Origin: Azolla caroliniana
Lineage: Eukaryota > Plantae > Polypodiophyta
Direction: 5' to 3'
DNA length: 64,000 nucleotides
NCBI GenBank assembly: GCA_043228905.1
Contig: JBHGNT010000002.1
Coordinates: 12,090,001-12,154,000, forward strand
Positions 62,727 through 64,000 of the stretch are shown one piece after another. The notes beneath the pieces were generated by a model that did no database searches, was not told the origin of the DNA, and saw nothing but the letters and a program-made list of their open reading frames with translations. Numbering within the stretch: the first letter of the stretch is position 1; each line of letters begins with the position of its first letter. The position numbers and the translations under genes are program-made.

Positions 62727-64000
62727 GCTGATGTACAACAAGCACATTTTTCTATCTAAAAGGTATTTCTTCTCGGAATACAACCCTCTGTACTTCCTCA
62801 GTCTTTTCGGGTTGTTTATGCATGCGATTTTCCCAGAATATAACATCATTGCTATGTATTATTTTTCTTTTCTCGGGATCCCACAATCTATACCCCATTT
62901 CACCCTCGTCACCATATCCTAGGAAAATACATTTGTAGGACTTTGGCTCAAGTTTGTTGCGTTCTTCTTTACGAATGTGCACAAAAGCCTCACAACCAAA
63001 CACTCTCAAGTGAGCATATGAAGGTGGCTTACCCGACCACGCTTCTTGGGGTATTCCCCCTCTCAACGACCTGTTAGGTGACCGATTAATCAAATGAACA
63101 ATTGTCATTATAGCCTCTGCCCAAAAACCATGGGGTAACACAGCATGAGACAACATAGTACGAACCTTATCTTGAATAGTCGGATTCATACGTTGTGCAA
63201 CTCCATTTTGGGGTGGATTATAAGGGGCAGTGAGTTCCCTCTTTATCCCTTTGCTATCACAAAATGCTTGAAAAGCCTTGGACACATATTCCCCACCATT
63301 GTCAAAGCGAAGACACTTAAGTGTCTTATCAATTTGATTCTCAACTAATGCCAAAAATGTTTGAAACTTGTCAGGCACTTCATCCTTGCTACGAATAGGA
63401 TAAACCCATACCTTCCGTGTAGCATCATCGACAAAAGTGACTAAGTATTTCTTTCCCCCTAATGATAGCCCTGGCATCTGACATACATCTAAATGTACTA
63501 ACTCAAGCGGGGACGACTTCAACGAAAGAGACTTTTTACGAGATGTTTGTACATGTTTACCATAAATGCACTAATCACAATGTTCAAAATCAGCATAACG
63601 AAGACATGGCAAGTAACCCAAATGAGACAATACTTTCATACCAGTTTCACTCATGTGTCCCAACCAGCCATGCCACAAAGAAACACTAGGCTACTCGGTT
63701 ATGGCAACTTTCTGGCAGTCCTGAAAGTATCCCAACTTTCTTGCAAGGTGCAAAGTAAAAACGTGGCCTTAAACTCATCATCAATGATGAATTTCAAGGC
63801 AATCAGCTGGCTGAAAATGGAATTGAACTCACTTAGGTGAGTTGACATGGGTGTGCCCTCTATCATGTGCAAATCTAAAAGTTTTTTAAGCCAATAAACT
63901 TTGCTAATTGCCGTCTTTTGGGCACACAGTTCCTCTAGTCTAGTCCATATAGAATAGGCACAGTCCAAACCTTCAATATTAAACAGCAAGGCATCAGAAA

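Larger units (their letters stand above)
46438..64000 (-). mobile_element. Degenerate Ty1/copia element H (D-like), host of the DNA transposon and the chromovirus; runs off the window
   Basis: 3' LTR ~46438-46670 followed by a PPT complement. RNase H/RT 46760-47859; RT resumes 56662-57425; integrase 62727-63560; gag 63715-64000 joined directly to the integrase N-terminus (protease deleted). Confidence 0.88.

Overview
Land-plant nuclear DNA, probably from a fern or another non-seed plant; this is inferred from the transposon lineages present, not proven. Bases 772-5466 hold the last 15 coding exons of an intact NPK1/ANP-type MAPKKK gene. From ~7.7 kb to the end is a nested block of transposons: at least seven Ty1/copia copies or fragments (one nearly intact, 26178-31341), a Tcn1-like chromovirus (57426-62726), gypsy remnants and a hAT MITE; a second MITE sits in a MAPKKK intron. 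The main finding is an 8.8-kb TIR DNA transposon (47860-56661; 36-bp TIRs, TCAA target duplication). It carries a Sola-like DDD transposase and, head-to-head with it, a six-exon gene fusing a ParB/Srx-like domain to a prokaryote-type beta-class N6A/N4C DNA methyltransferase. The first intron of that gene holds six 29-bp palindromes at an exact 51-bp period. Both genes are disabled in this copy. A second oddity is a 3.3-kb LTR element (41499-44793) with tRNA-Arg-complementary sites at both inner LTR edges and no polypurine tract. Domain calls come from reading motifs by eye; no database search was run.
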